The notes below the pieces were generated by a model that did no database searches, was not told the DNA's origin, and saw only the letters and a program-made list of their open reading frames with translations. DNA of 40,534 nucleotides from Cytophagales bacterium. Its GTDB lineage: Bacteria > Bacteroidota > Bacteroidia > Cytophagales > UBA9547. Position 1 is the first letter of the stretch; every line of letters begins with the position of its first letter. The stretch spans positions 1 to 40,534 of the forward strand of contig JACMRH010000519.1 of NCBI GenBank assembly GCA_014376535.1, read 5' to 3'. Of the stretch, positions 10,366 to 19,699 are shown one piece after another. The position numbers were made by a program, and so were the translations under genes.

Positions 10366-10436
10366 GGCTACGTGTCCGAGTGGTCAGGTACGGGTCTGCA
10401 AAACCTTTTACAGCGGTTCGAATCCGCTCGTAGCCT
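10366..10436 (+). tRNA. trnC: tRNA-Cys (GCA)
   Basis: Acceptor stem GGCTACG/CGTAGCC, anticodon loop CT-GCA-AA (GCA at 10398-10400), T arm AGCGG-TTCGAAT-CCGCT, U discriminator; CCA not encoded (CCT follows). Confidence 0.95.
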
Positions 10437-10544
10437 CCTTTTTAATTAAAGATTAACAATTATTAATTAAAGTTTCACTGTAGAAATTGAACTATAAAAT
10501 TTTCTCTAATCTTACTTATTATGTCTTATAACTAAGATATTAAA

Positions 10545-11789
10545 CTAAACAATTTGTTTATTAAAACAGAAGATAAATTCAGTTCCCATGTTTTTTTGAC
10601 TGTTTACTTTAATCGAAACATTGTATTTATCTAAAAGCTTTTTCACAATATAAAGGCCCATTCCCGTTCCTTCAATATCCTGGTTATCCATTCTTTCAAA
10701 TAGGTTGAATAACTTCCCTTTTTCTTCATCATTCATTCCCCGACCATTGTCTGCAACTGATAAATATTTTATTCCATCAAGAGTTGTAAAGTTTAATTTC
10801 AAATAAGGATCCCTATCAGGGTGTTTGTATTTTATCGCATTGGTAATGAGATTATAAAGCAAACTTTTAAAAGCCACTCTATTAAATGTAAAATCTTCTA
10901 CTTCAGAAAAGTTATTAACTATTACTGAATTGGATTTATTTATCAAAGAAGCTATACTGGTTTCAATTTCTTCTAATACTGGTTTTACTTTAAAAGTTTC
11001 GAAAGAAGTGCCTTCATTTTCCTTTCTGATAATATCTATCAGTTCGTTTATGGTGTTTTTTAACTGCACTATTGCACCTCCCTGCATCTTTAGTATTTCT
11101 AAAACATCTTCTGGAATAGGACTTTCCAGCTCGTCTTCTAGTGCACTAATTAAGGCTTCCAGGTTTGCAACTGGCAGTTTAAGGTCGTGGGAAGCGGTAT
11201 AAACAAATTGATCAAGGTTGTTATTTAGAGATATTAGCTTTTGGTTATAAATCTGTAATTCAGCCTCAATAGTTTTTCTTTTCTCTATTTCGGAATTGAG
11301 GTCAGTATTTTTCTTGTTCAGGTCCGATGTTCTTTGTTGTACGATCAATTCCAGGTTATTGTATGCCTCTTCCAGTTTCCTTTGTTGAATATAGATATCT
11401 ATAAAAGAATATACTTTAGAACGGGTAATTACAGGATCTAATGGCTTGAACAGGTAATCAACCGCTCCCTTGCTGTAACCTTCTGAAACATATTTAGTTT
11501 CATGGTTCATTGCGGTGACGAAAATGATCGGGATATTTTGGGAAGTCTTCGATTTTTTTAAATAAGAAGCGACCTCATAACCATCCATTTCTGGCATTTG
11601 CACATCTAAAAGTATTAAGGCTATGTCGCCTTTGTATGCTATTTTTAGTGCTTCATTGCCCGAAGTTGCGCGAAGAAAATTAACTGATCTTTCTTCCATG
11701 TTTAGCAAATTTTCCAGTGCATATATATTTTCTTCCTTATCATCCACTATCAGGACGTTCACAGAAATATTTTTTTGATTTGAATTCAT
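10545..11789 (-). CDS. REC-HisKA-HATPase hybrid histidine kinase/response regulator
   Basis: VLIVDD, LLDVQMPEMDG, FVYTASHDLKLP, NLITNAIKY, DNGRGM, GTGMGL. Confidence 0.93.
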   Translation of the reverse strand: MNSNQKNISVNVLIVDDKEENIYALENLLNMEERSVNFLRATSGNEALKIAYKGDIALILLDVQMPEMDGYEVASYLKKSKTSQNIPIIFVTAMNHETKYVSEGYSKGAVDYLFKPLDPVITRSKVYSFIDIYIQQRKLEEAYNNLELIVQQRTSDLNKKNTDLNSEIEKRKTIEAELQIYNQKLISLNNNLDQFVYTASHDLKLPVANLEALISALEDELESPIPEDVLEILKMQGGAIVQLKNTINELIDIIRKENEGTSFETFKVKPVLEEIETSIASLINKSNSVIVNNFSEVEDFTFNRVAFKSLLYNLITNAIKYKHPDRDPYLKLNFTTLDGIKYLSVADNGRGMNDEEKGKLFNLFERMDNQDIEGTGMGLYIVKKLLDKYNVSIKVNSQKNMGTEFIFCFNKQIV

Positions 11790-11793
11790 TTAA

Positions 11794-12381
11794 CTAAACC
11801 GTTGACATTAATAATGACTGTATTTCATTAAGTTTCAATACGTAATCTACCTTTACTTTTTCAATGGCAGACATGGGCATTGTTTTACTAATCGCTTCCA
11901 TGGGATCCTGGACTATAGTAAGACCACCCATTTCAGATATTGTTTTTAATCCCTGGCTTCCATCCGAATTTGCACCTGTCAATAATATCCCGATAAGTTT
12001 TTTTCTAAATACCAATGCAGCACTTTCAAAAACAATATCAATTGATGGCCTGGAAAATAAAACATTTTCCGACACATCTAAAGAAAACGTTTTATCCTTT
12101 TCTATAAAGACATGATAATTTGCAGGTACAAGATATATTGTTCCTGGATGTATTCTCTCTTTGTCGGTAATTTCTTTAATAGAAAGGCGTGTATTTTTCT
12201 TTATAACAGAACACAAGCTACTCTCAACATTTTTTTGACGGTGCATTACTACAATTATTGGCAAAGGGAACAAAACAGGCAAATCCTTAATTATTTTAAT
12301 TACTGCCTCCATTCCTCCCCAGGACCCACCAATAACAATTGCTTCGTAGACCCCTTTACTAATTTCCTTTAACTTTTCCAT
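11794..12381 (-). CDS. cheB: CheB-type methylesterase without a receiver domain
   Basis: IGGSWGG (Ser), VMHR (His), LTGANSDG (Asp), SRPSID, TIVQDP, MP.SAI. Confidence 0.92.
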   Translation of the reverse strand: MEKLKEISKGVYEAIVIGGSWGGMEAVIKIIKDLPVLFPLPIIVVMHRQKNVESSLCSVIKKNTRLSIKEITDKERIHPGTIYLVPANYHVFIEKDKTFSLDVSENVLFSRPSIDIVFESAALVFRKKLIGILLTGANSDGSQGLKTISEMGGLTIVQDPMEAISKTMPMSAIEKVKVDYVLKLNEIQSLLMSTV

Positions 12382-13209
12382 TCAAGAAATCCTTCTGTAT
12401 ATCTTTTCCTTACTGTCTATTACCTCAAAATTCTTCCTGTACTTTGAGGTACTTAAAGATTCTTTATTACCTAAAACAAGGTATCCAAAAACAGGGAGAC
12501 ATTCAAGGAACTTCCCAATGACCCTTTCTTGCAATTCTTTTTGAAAGTAGATTAATACATTTCTGCACACTATAAGATGAAACTCATTAAAGGATGCATC
12601 ACTAACCAGATTATGAGTAGAATATGTTACGTTGGCCTTCAATTGTTCATTCATTATTGCATTGTTATATCTAGCAAAATAGTAATCTGACAATGAAGTA
12701 TGCCCACCTGCATGGATATAATTTTTAGAGTAATCTTTCATATAAGCCAATGGAAAAATTCCTTCTAATGCCTCATTAATTACTTTTTGATTGATATCAG
12801 TAGCATAAATCCTTGTTTTTTTTAATATCCCCTCTTCCTTAAATAATATAGCAAGAGAATATACTTCCTCACCAGTGGAACAACCTGCATCCCAAATCCT
12901 AATATGAGGATACGTATCCAATTGAGGTACAACTTTTGCACGCAACTCTTTAAAAAAACCAGGGTCACGGAACATTTCTGTGACATTTACTGTAATTTCT
13001 AAAAGAAAATTATTGAAATGTAGTTGGTCCAAACTCAAATAATCTTTTAATTCCTGGACATTAGAAATTTTCATATTTCCCATGTATCTCCTTATCCGTC
13101 TTTGGAATGAGGCTATCGAGTAGGAAGTAAAATCGAATCCATATCTCTCTTTTATTAACAAAAGCAGATCAGTATATACATCATCGCTAAATTCTAGGAT
13201 TGCGGACAT
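12382..13209 (-). CDS. cheR: CheR-type protein-glutamate methyltransferase
   Basis: YGFDF, TVNVTEMFRDP, RIWDAGCSTGEEVYS, IYATDIN, CRNVLIYF. Confidence 0.95.
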   Translation of the reverse strand: MSAILEFSDDVYTDLLLLIKERYGFDFTSYSIASFQRRIRRYMGNMKISNVQELKDYLSLDQLHFNNFLLEITVNVTEMFRDPGFFKELRAKVVPQLDTYPHIRIWDAGCSTGEEVYSLAILFKEEGILKKTRIYATDINQKVINEALEGIFPLAYMKDYSKNYIHAGGHTSLSDYYFARYNNAIMNEQLKANVTYSTHNLVSDASFNEFHLIVCRNVLIYFQKELQERVIGKFLECLPVFGYLVLGNKESLSTSKYRKNFEVIDSKEKIYRRIS

Positions 13210-13216
13210 GTTAGTT

Positions 13217-16200
13217 TTAATTCTGGTAAAGCCAAACTCTCATTAAAGAAATAAGCTTTGGAATATCTATTGGTTTTGATGCATAATCTGAAACACCTGC
13301 TGCCAGGCATTTTTCTTTATCACCAGGCATTGCTTTTGCAGTTACAGCAATTATTGGAAGATTTTTAAATCTTTCATCTGTTCTCAAAACTTTAGTTGCT
13401 TCGATACCATCCATTTCAGGCATCATAATATCCATTAATACAATTTGTATATCTGGGTTTTTATTAAGCTCATCTATAGCCTGTTTTCCATCATAGGCCA
13501 CAAAAACTTCCATTCCCTGATCTTCCAAGACATTGGTCAAAGAATAAATATTTCTCATGTCATCATCAGCAATAAGAACCTTTTTGTATTTTAAAGTGGC
13601 TTCAGATTTATTGAGATTCTTCAGAAAGTATTCTGCTTTATTCAGGGATTTATCTATGCTAAATAGAAACAACTTGACTTCTTCCAATAATCTGGTGTAT
13701 GAATAAGCCGTTTTTATTATAATGGTATTAGCATACTTTTTATAGGCTGCTTCTTCCTTTTCACTTAGGTCTTTACCAGAATATATGATGACTGGTATAT
13801 TTTTAATGTTTTCAGTTTTTCTTATATTTTCCAGAACTTGGTAACCTGTCATATCTGGAAGGTTAATATCAAGAATTACACAGTCGAAATCTTTGTCCAA
13901 AAGCATTTTCAGTGCTTCATCTCCAGAAAATGCACTTTCGGAAACAAGTTTCTGGGTAAACAGAAGTTCTTTTACTGCGTTATTTTCAATTGTATTGTCC
14001 TCTACTATTAAAACAGTTTTAGTGGGGGTTAAATCTTCATTTCTGTTAATATTACCTAAAGTTTGGTCTAACATCTGCAGGGTCAGTGGTTTTGGAATAA
14101 AGGTAGCCTGCCCTAATTCATTGGATCCTTCCTTTTCAAATGCTGACATCAAATGAACCGGAACCTTTTTCAAAGCCAAATCATTTTTAAATTTCCTGAG
14201 AACTTCCCATCCTGTTGTATCAGGAAGCTGGATATCGAGTAAAATAGCATCCGGAATACAGTTTTGGGCAAGTTCAAAACCAGTTTTTCCATTGTTTGCC
14301 GTGAATACTTCATAACCCTTTTTCTCTGCGTAATCTACCAGGATATTGCAAAAGTAGAAATCGTCTTCAATAATCAGTATCCGTGTTTTTCCACCTTTTA
14401 TTTTCTCCTCCTTTAATTCATAAACAGGTTCCGGTTTTATTATTTGTTTTACAGTTTTAACTGGCTCAATCCTCTCCTCATTTTCAATAGGTTGAGGTTT
14501 ATCAAGGAAATATGGTAAGTAAAGTGTAAATGAACTTCCAATTCCTAACTGACTTTCAAACTGGATCTCGCCTCCCAATAATGCTGCAAGATCACGGCTA
14601 ATTGTTAATCCAAGGCCAGATCCACCAAACTTTCTTGTAGTAGAAAGATCAGCTTGCTGAAATGCTTCAAAAACTATATGCTTTTTGTCATCGGCAATTC
14701 CAATCCCGGCATCTTTAACAGTAAAAGCAATTGTTTCATTGTGTTTCAATTTAGGATTAGTAAACTTTACCTCATTGCTGGCTTTGTGAATTTCATATTC
14801 AATAGATTTCTCTTTCGCAGTAAATTTAAAAGCATTTGACAAGAGGTTTTTTAGAATTTGTTCTACCCGAAATCTGTCTGTATGAATAGTTTCCGGTAAA
14901 GAAGGGTCTAGAATTGTTTGGAAATCAATCTGCTTTTCAACGGCCAGATCTTTAAACTGATTCTCCAGGTTAAATTCAGCAATTTTATAATCGCTAAGTT
15001 CAAGATTCACTTTTCCAGATTCAATGCGGGCAAGGTCAAGGATTTCATTGATCAGTTTCAGTAAGTCATTTCCAGATTTTTCAATAACACCAGCATGCTG
15101 AGACTCTTTTTCTGAAAGTGTATTGTTCCTGTTGTCTTTTAAAATTTTGGCCAGAATCAGAATACTATTTAAAGGAGTCCTTAATTCATGAGACATATTG
15201 GCAAGAAAATCTGATTTGTATTTACTTACCGTTTCAAATTGTTCCATTTTTAGCTGAATGGCATCCTTAGCATTTACCAGTTCCTGGTTTTTGTATCTTA
15301 ATCTTTCATATTGTTCTTCTAATTCATTGGTTTTCTCTTCCAATTCAGCATTTTTTTCCTGCAATTCCTCCTCACTTGTCCTTAATTCTTCTTCTGAGGC
15401 TTGCAAAAGATCTCTTTGAAAGCGTATTTCTTCATTTATCTGCCTTAACTCCTCTTGCTGGGCTTCAAGTTCTTCCGCTTGATTTTGAGTTTGTAAAAGA
15501 AAATCTTCAGTCTTCATTTCTGACTTTATAGCGAATAAAAATGTAGAAACTGTAAGGTTGATACTATTTAAAAACTCTAAATCCTTCTGGTCAAAATCGT
15601 CTTTGTGAATCAGTTCAACAACAGCTATAGTTTTATCGTGATGAAAGAATGGAAGGATGAGAATACTTGAGGGCTCTATGTTTAGAAAAGTCGATTTTAT
15701 TGTCAGACTGCTTTCAGGTATGTCTTTTACCAATGTAGGTTTCTTGTCCAGTACAGCCTGGCCTAGTAAGCCCTCTCCTTCTTTAAAATTCAAACGAGTA
15801 TTTGAGCTCAGATCAAAAGCAAATTGATTTTCCAGATTAAAAACCTCCTTATCGTCCAGAATAAATAAAATTCCTGAATAGCTTTTAGTAAAATCACATA
15901 AAAACCTTAGCAACTTATCCCCAAAGCTTTTCAATTCTCGTTCTGGCCTCAACAAATCATTTAATTCTGTAGACTTCGAAAGCAGATAATTATTTTTGTT
16001 TAATTCAATTTGATTTAATAATATCTGCTCATTGTTTTGCTCCAATTCAGAATTAAGCCTTAGAAGTTCTTTTGCGCTAAGTTCTCGTGCTTCAATATCT
16101 TTTGAAATTACATAAAACGATAACAGTGAAACCATTACAGCAATAAACGAGGTAATCCCAATTATGTAAGGTGTTATAGTGGCGAACCGATCTGTACCGC

Positions 16201-16729
16201 TTGTCCGGATTACCAACAATCTATCTTCTTCATTTTTCAATTCGGCAATAATTGCCCGGCATTTAAACATGATATCCCTGCCTTGAAGAATATCATTTTT
16301 AGACACTTTATGTTGAGACTTATATACTCTTAATACAGAATCAAGCTTGGCAAACCTTAAGTCTATATTTAATTTTAATCTCTCAATGCTTTTCTGTTGG
16401 CGGTTATTATCCGTAGTTAGAATCCTGACTGTTTCCAAAGATTCCATTGATCTTTCATAACTACCGTTGTAAAGATTTAGGAAATCTTCTTCACCGGAAA
16501 GCAAATATCCCCGCTGAGAAGTTTCACCATCTTTAATTGTGGACAATACATTTTCTAAACTTTTTAATACAACATTGGTATGGTCTACCTGTTTCGATAG
16601 CCTTATTAATTCTTTAATGCTGAAAAAAGATAATAAAGAACTTATGATTAAGATGAATAGTGAAAACCCTAAACCAATCTGAATTTTTTTACTGAGGTTT
16701 ATTTTTGAAAAATTAAAATTTGTCATCAA
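13217..16729 (-). CDS. Membrane hybrid sensor kinase: CHASE3-GAF-coiled coil-HisKA-HATPase-3xREC
   Basis: TM, VDHT..V and ETSQRGYLL (CHASE3), GEGLLGQA (GAF), FLANMSHELRTPLN, NLLSNAFKFT, GGSGLGL; three receivers beginning ILIIEDD, VLIVEDN, VLIADDD. Confidence 0.93.
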   Translation of the reverse strand: MMTNFNFSKINLSKKIQIGLGFSLFILIISSLLSFFSIKELIRLSKQVDHTNVVLKSLENVLSTIKDGETSQRGYLLSGEEDFLNLYNGSYERSMESLETVRILTTDNNRQQKSIERLKLNIDLRFAKLDSVLRVYKSQHKVSKNDILQGRDIMFKCRAIIAELKNEEDRLLVIRTSGTDRFATITPYIIGITSFIAVMVSLLSFYVISKDIEARELSAKELLRLNSELEQNNEQILLNQIELNKNNYLLSKSTELNDLLRPERELKSFGDKLLRFLCDFTKSYSGILFILDDKEVFNLENQFAFDLSSNTRLNFKEGEGLLGQAVLDKKPTLVKDIPESSLTIKSTFLNIEPSSILILPFFHHDKTIAVVELIHKDDFDQKDLEFLNSINLTVSTFLFAIKSEMKTEDFLLQTQNQAEELEAQQEELRQINEEIRFQRDLLQASEEELRTSEEELQEKNAELEEKTNELEEQYERLRYKNQELVNAKDAIQLKMEQFETVSKYKSDFLANMSHELRTPLNSILILAKILKDNRNNTLSEKESQHAGVIEKSGNDLLKLINEILDLARIESGKVNLELSDYKIAEFNLENQFKDLAVEKQIDFQTILDPSLPETIHTDRFRVEQILKNLLSNAFKFTAKEKSIEYEIHKASNEVKFTNPKLKHNETIAFTVKDAGIGIADDKKHIVFEAFQQADLSTTRKFGGSGLGLTISRDLAALLGGEIQFESQLGIGSSFTLYLPYFLDKPQPIENEERIEPVKTVKQIIKPEPVYELKEEKIKGGKTRILIIEDDFYFCNILVDYAEKKGYEVFTANNGKTGFELAQNCIPDAILLDIQLPDTTGWEVLRKFKNDLALKKVPVHLMSAFEKEGSNELGQATFIPKPLTLQMLDQTLGNINRNEDLTPTKTVLIVEDNTIENNAVKELLFTQKLVSESAFSGDEALKMLLDKDFDCVILDINLPDMTGYQVLENIRKTENIKNIPVIIYSGKDLSEKEEAAYKKYANTIIIKTAYSYTRLLEEVKLFLFSIDKSLNKAEYFLKNLNKSEATLKYKKVLIADDDMRNIYSLTNVLEDQGMEVFVAYDGKQAIDELNKNPDIQIVLMDIMMPEMDGIEATKVLRTDERFKNLPIIAVTAKAMPGDKEKCLAAGVSDYASKPIDIPKLISLMRVWLYQN

Positions 16730-17114
16730 TTATCTATTTCGTTGGGGTTTTGTATTAGAATTAAATAAATTTTAAAATAAAGCAATTATCAAAATTTTAT
16801 TATTCCATTTGTTTCAGACTGACAGCTAACAACTTACCTTTATTTTGTATTAATCTGACTTTCAAATAGTTATTTAGAAATTTAAATAAGTATTGTCTAA
16901 AAAAACTTTGCCATAGTGCAAAAATTAAATTGATTCAATTTTCTGTAAAACACCCTAAATTAATATTATTTAAAAGATTTAAAAAGTCAGATTATTATTA
17001 GTTATCCAAAATATTAATTTGACAATTACTTATAATGCCATATTATCAAAGGTTGAGTGCTATAAAAACTTCAATTTTCCAGAATATAATTTTATAAATT
17101 ATAAAAAACCGCAT

Positions 17115-17122
17115 TATCTTTG
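17115..17122 (+). promoter_or_regulatory. Putative -7 promoter element for the TauE-amidohydrolase unit
   Basis: TATCTTTG matches TAnnTTTG, about 108 nt upstream of the ATG at 17231. Confidence 0.5.
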
Positions 17123-17230
17123 AAATTAGTTGTTTATAGAGAGTTTATATATCAGATCAATATTGTTTATTATCATTTAATAAATCTGATTGATATAAAA
17201 AGACAATACTGCTTTAGTTAAATTTCCATA

Positions 17231-18238
17231 ATGAAAATCAGAAGAATTACAGAGAAACACGACAAAGCAGACCTTGAACATGAGGCCCTTGGCATTCCAC
17301 CTTTAGAAGAATCCGTTCATGAAGAGCCGTGGAGTCTTCTGAAAAAAGTTATTATTGGAGCTTTGATTGGTGTTGTTTCAATTTCAATACTGTATTTCCT
17401 ACTTCAACTTTTCTTTCCTGCATTTACAGATGAAAAATCCACTCAGGTTATTGATATTTTTACACAAAGGAGGTTTTGGACATATGCTCTTGTAGGCCTG
17501 GGCGCTCAGATGATAGACGGTGCTTTGGGTATGGCTTATGGAATTAGTTCTACAACATTTTTATTGAGCGCAGGTGTGGGTCCTTCTGCAGCCAGCGCAA
17601 GCGTACACATTGCAGAAATGTTCACTTCAGGCCTATCTGGGATTTCTCATCTCAAATTTGGAAATGTAAACAAAAAACTCTTCAAAAGTCTTTTGTTTAC
17701 AGGAGTTCTAGGAGGTATGCTAGGTGCGTTTTTATCCACTCAAATTGATGGAAACATTTTAAAGCCTTACATATCTGGCTATCTTTTGATAATGGGGATT
17801 GTTATTATTAGAAAAGCACTTAGAAAAAATGTAAAAAAGAAAAAAACAACCAATATTGGCTGGCTTGCATTATTTGGTGGCTTTGTGGATGCTGTTGGTG
17901 GTGGTGGGTGGGGCCCTGTCGTAACTACTACGCTGGTTAGTTCGGGTAGAGACCCTCGTTACACAATAGGATCAGTAAACCTTGCAGAATTTTTTGTAGC
18001 AGTAGGAACGGCATTAACATTTGCTCTTTTTATGGGCTTGCAGGAATGGAAAACGATTGGAGAACTTGGAGTAATTATTTTGGGTTTAATAGTCGGTGGT
18101 ATGTTTGCTGCCCCATTTGCGGCAGTAATTTTAAGGCGTGTTAAGGCAAAAAAATTAATGATTTTTGTAGGGATTCTTATAATTGTATTAAGCCTAAGGA
18201 CATTGCTTAAATCGCTGTTTGGCATAACAATATTCTAA
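17231..18238 (+). CDS. TauE/SafE (TSUP) sulfur-compound transporter
   Basis: AQMIDGALGMAYG, ASASVH, SHLKFGNV, DAVGGGGWGP, IGSVNLAEFF; multiple TM segments. Confidence 0.9.
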   Translation: MKIRRITEKHDKADLEHEALGIPPLEESVHEEPWSLLKKVIIGALIGVVSISILYFLLQLFFPAFTDEKSTQVIDIFTQRRFWTYALVGLGAQMIDGALGMAYGISSTTFLLSAGVGPSAASASVHIAEMFTSGLSGISHLKFGNVNKKLFKSLLFTGVLGGMLGAFLSTQIDGNILKPYISGYLLIMGIVIIRKALRKNVKKKKTTNIGWLALFGGFVDAVGGGGWGPVVTTTLVSSGRDPRYTIGSVNLAEFFVAVGTALTFALFMGLQEWKTIGELGVIILGLIVGGMFAAPFAAVILRRVKAKKLMIFVGILIIVLSLRTLLKSLFGITIF

Positions 18239-18248
18239 AATATTATTA

Positions 18249-19457
18249 ATGATGGATCTTTTATCAGATAGAATAAAGAAAATAGCTGGAGGAATTTCTG
18301 CTGAAGTAATTTCATTTAGGCGTCATTTGCATCAAAATCCTGAACTTTCTTTTAAAGAATTTAAAACCTCTGAGTTCATTGCCCAAACTTTATTGAACAA
18401 AAAAATAGAAATTGAATATATAAAAGAAGGTATTGCCCAAACCGGATTAGTTGCTTATATTAAAGGGAAAAATCCAGGTAAAAAGATGATTGCTTTAAGG
18501 GCAGATATGGATGCACTGCCAATTATAGAACAAAATGTTATTGACTATAAATCTATCAATGAAGGGGTTATGCATGCTTGCGGTCATGATGTACATAGTT
18601 CTTCGCTTCTGGGTACAGCGATCATTTTAAATGAATTAAAAGACCAGTTTGAAGGCACAATAAAACTGGTTTTTCAACCAGGAGAAGAATTGATACCTGG
18701 TGGAGCTTCATTGATGATAAAGGCTGGAATTTTAAAAGAAAAATCATTAAAAAGCATGTTTGGCCAACATGTTGCACCACAAATAGAAGTTGGAAAAGTT
18801 GGTTTCAGGTCTGGCATTTACATGGCAAGTGCAGATGAAATATACCTAACTGTTAAAGGCAAAGGTGGACATGCCGCTATGCCCGACAATGCAGTTGATC
18901 CAGTGCTTATTACTGCACATATAATCATAGCTCTTCAGCAGGTTGTAAGCCGGAATGCTAACCCTAAAATTCCAACTGTATTGTCATTTGGAAAAGTAAT
19001 AGCAGAAGGTGCAACGAATATCATCCCCAATGAAGTTAAAGTCGCTGGTACTTTCAGGACATTAAATGAGGAATGGAGATCTGAAGCTAAAAAAAGAATA
19101 ACTAAAATAGCCACTGGAATTGCAGAAAGCATGGGTGGGACCTGTGATGTTAATATTTTAGATGGATATCCCTATCTTGAGAATAATCCATTACTTACAG
19201 ATAGGGCCAAAGTTTACGCTAAAGAGTTTTTAGGAGAGGAGAATGTAGTTGACCTTGATATTTGGATGGCTTCTGAAGACTTTGCCTATTACACGCATCA
19301 TGTTGATTCCTGCTTTTATAGATTAGGAGTCCGAAATGAAACACTTGGGATAACTTCTGGCGTTCATACACCTACTTTCAACGTAGATGAAAAAGCTTTA
19401 GAAGTCGGTAGCGGATTAATGGCCTGGTTGGCTTTGAAAGAACTAGAGATTAAATAA
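18249..19457 (+). CDS. M20D family amidohydrolase
   Basis: RRHLHQNPELSF, ALRADMDALP, MHACGHDVH, FQPGEE, GKGGHAA, SEDF. Confidence 0.95.
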   Translation: MMDLLSDRIKKIAGGISAEVISFRRHLHQNPELSFKEFKTSEFIAQTLLNKKIEIEYIKEGIAQTGLVAYIKGKNPGKKMIALRADMDALPIIEQNVIDYKSINEGVMHACGHDVHSSSLLGTAIILNELKDQFEGTIKLVFQPGEELIPGGASLMIKAGILKEKSLKSMFGQHVAPQIEVGKVGFRSGIYMASADEIYLTVKGKGGHAAMPDNAVDPVLITAHIIIALQQVVSRNANPKIPTVLSFGKVIAEGATNIIPNEVKVAGTFRTLNEEWRSEAKKRITKIATGIAESMGGTCDVNILDGYPYLENNPLLTDRAKVYAKEFLGEENVVDLDIWMASEDFAYYTHHVDSCFYRLGVRNETLGITSGVHTPTFNVDEKALEVGSGLMAWLALKELEIK

Positions 19458-19465
19458 CAAATTAA

Positions 19466-19473
19466 TATATTTG
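19466..19473 (+). promoter_or_regulatory. -7 promoter element for the toxin-antitoxin pair
   Basis: TATATTTG 13 nt upstream of the antitoxin ATG. Confidence 0.6.
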
Positions 19474-19486
19474 TATAAATAAAGAT

Positions 19487-19699
19487 ATGAGTCAAAATTT
19501 CCAAAAAGAGATTTTAGAAAACCTAAACATGCTTGATGAAATCAGGCAGGAAAGAGTATTGGCCTATATTAAATCCTTATATCAAAATGCAAATAACTCT
19601 ATTCTGAATTTTGCTGGTAAAATATCCCAAACAGATCTGAAGCTTATAAATGAAGCTATAAATAATGGTTGTGGTAATATTGAACACAATGAATGGTAA
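19487..19699 (+). CDS. Putative VapB-type antitoxin
   Basis: 70-aa ORF directly upstream of and overlapping a PIN toxin; FAGKIS...I..AI...IE.NEW C-terminus. Confidence 0.75.
   Translation: MSQNFQKEILENLNMLDEIRQERVLAYIKSLYQNANNSILNFAGKISQTDLKLINEAINNGCGNIEHNEW

Noticed and set aside
16870-16889. TTATTTAGA-AA-TTTAAATAA as a second Fur-like box
   Set aside because: Spacer is 2 nt rather than 5 and the region is extremely AT-rich.
17035-17097. Short ORF MPYYQRLSAIKTSIFQNIIL upstream of TauE
   Set aside because: No Cys or Met run, lies upstream of the candidate promoter, and is expected by chance.
10420-17230. Signalling cassette as an island integrated at the tRNA-Cys 3' end
   Set aside because: No integrase and no duplicated tRNA 3' end found at 16730-17230.
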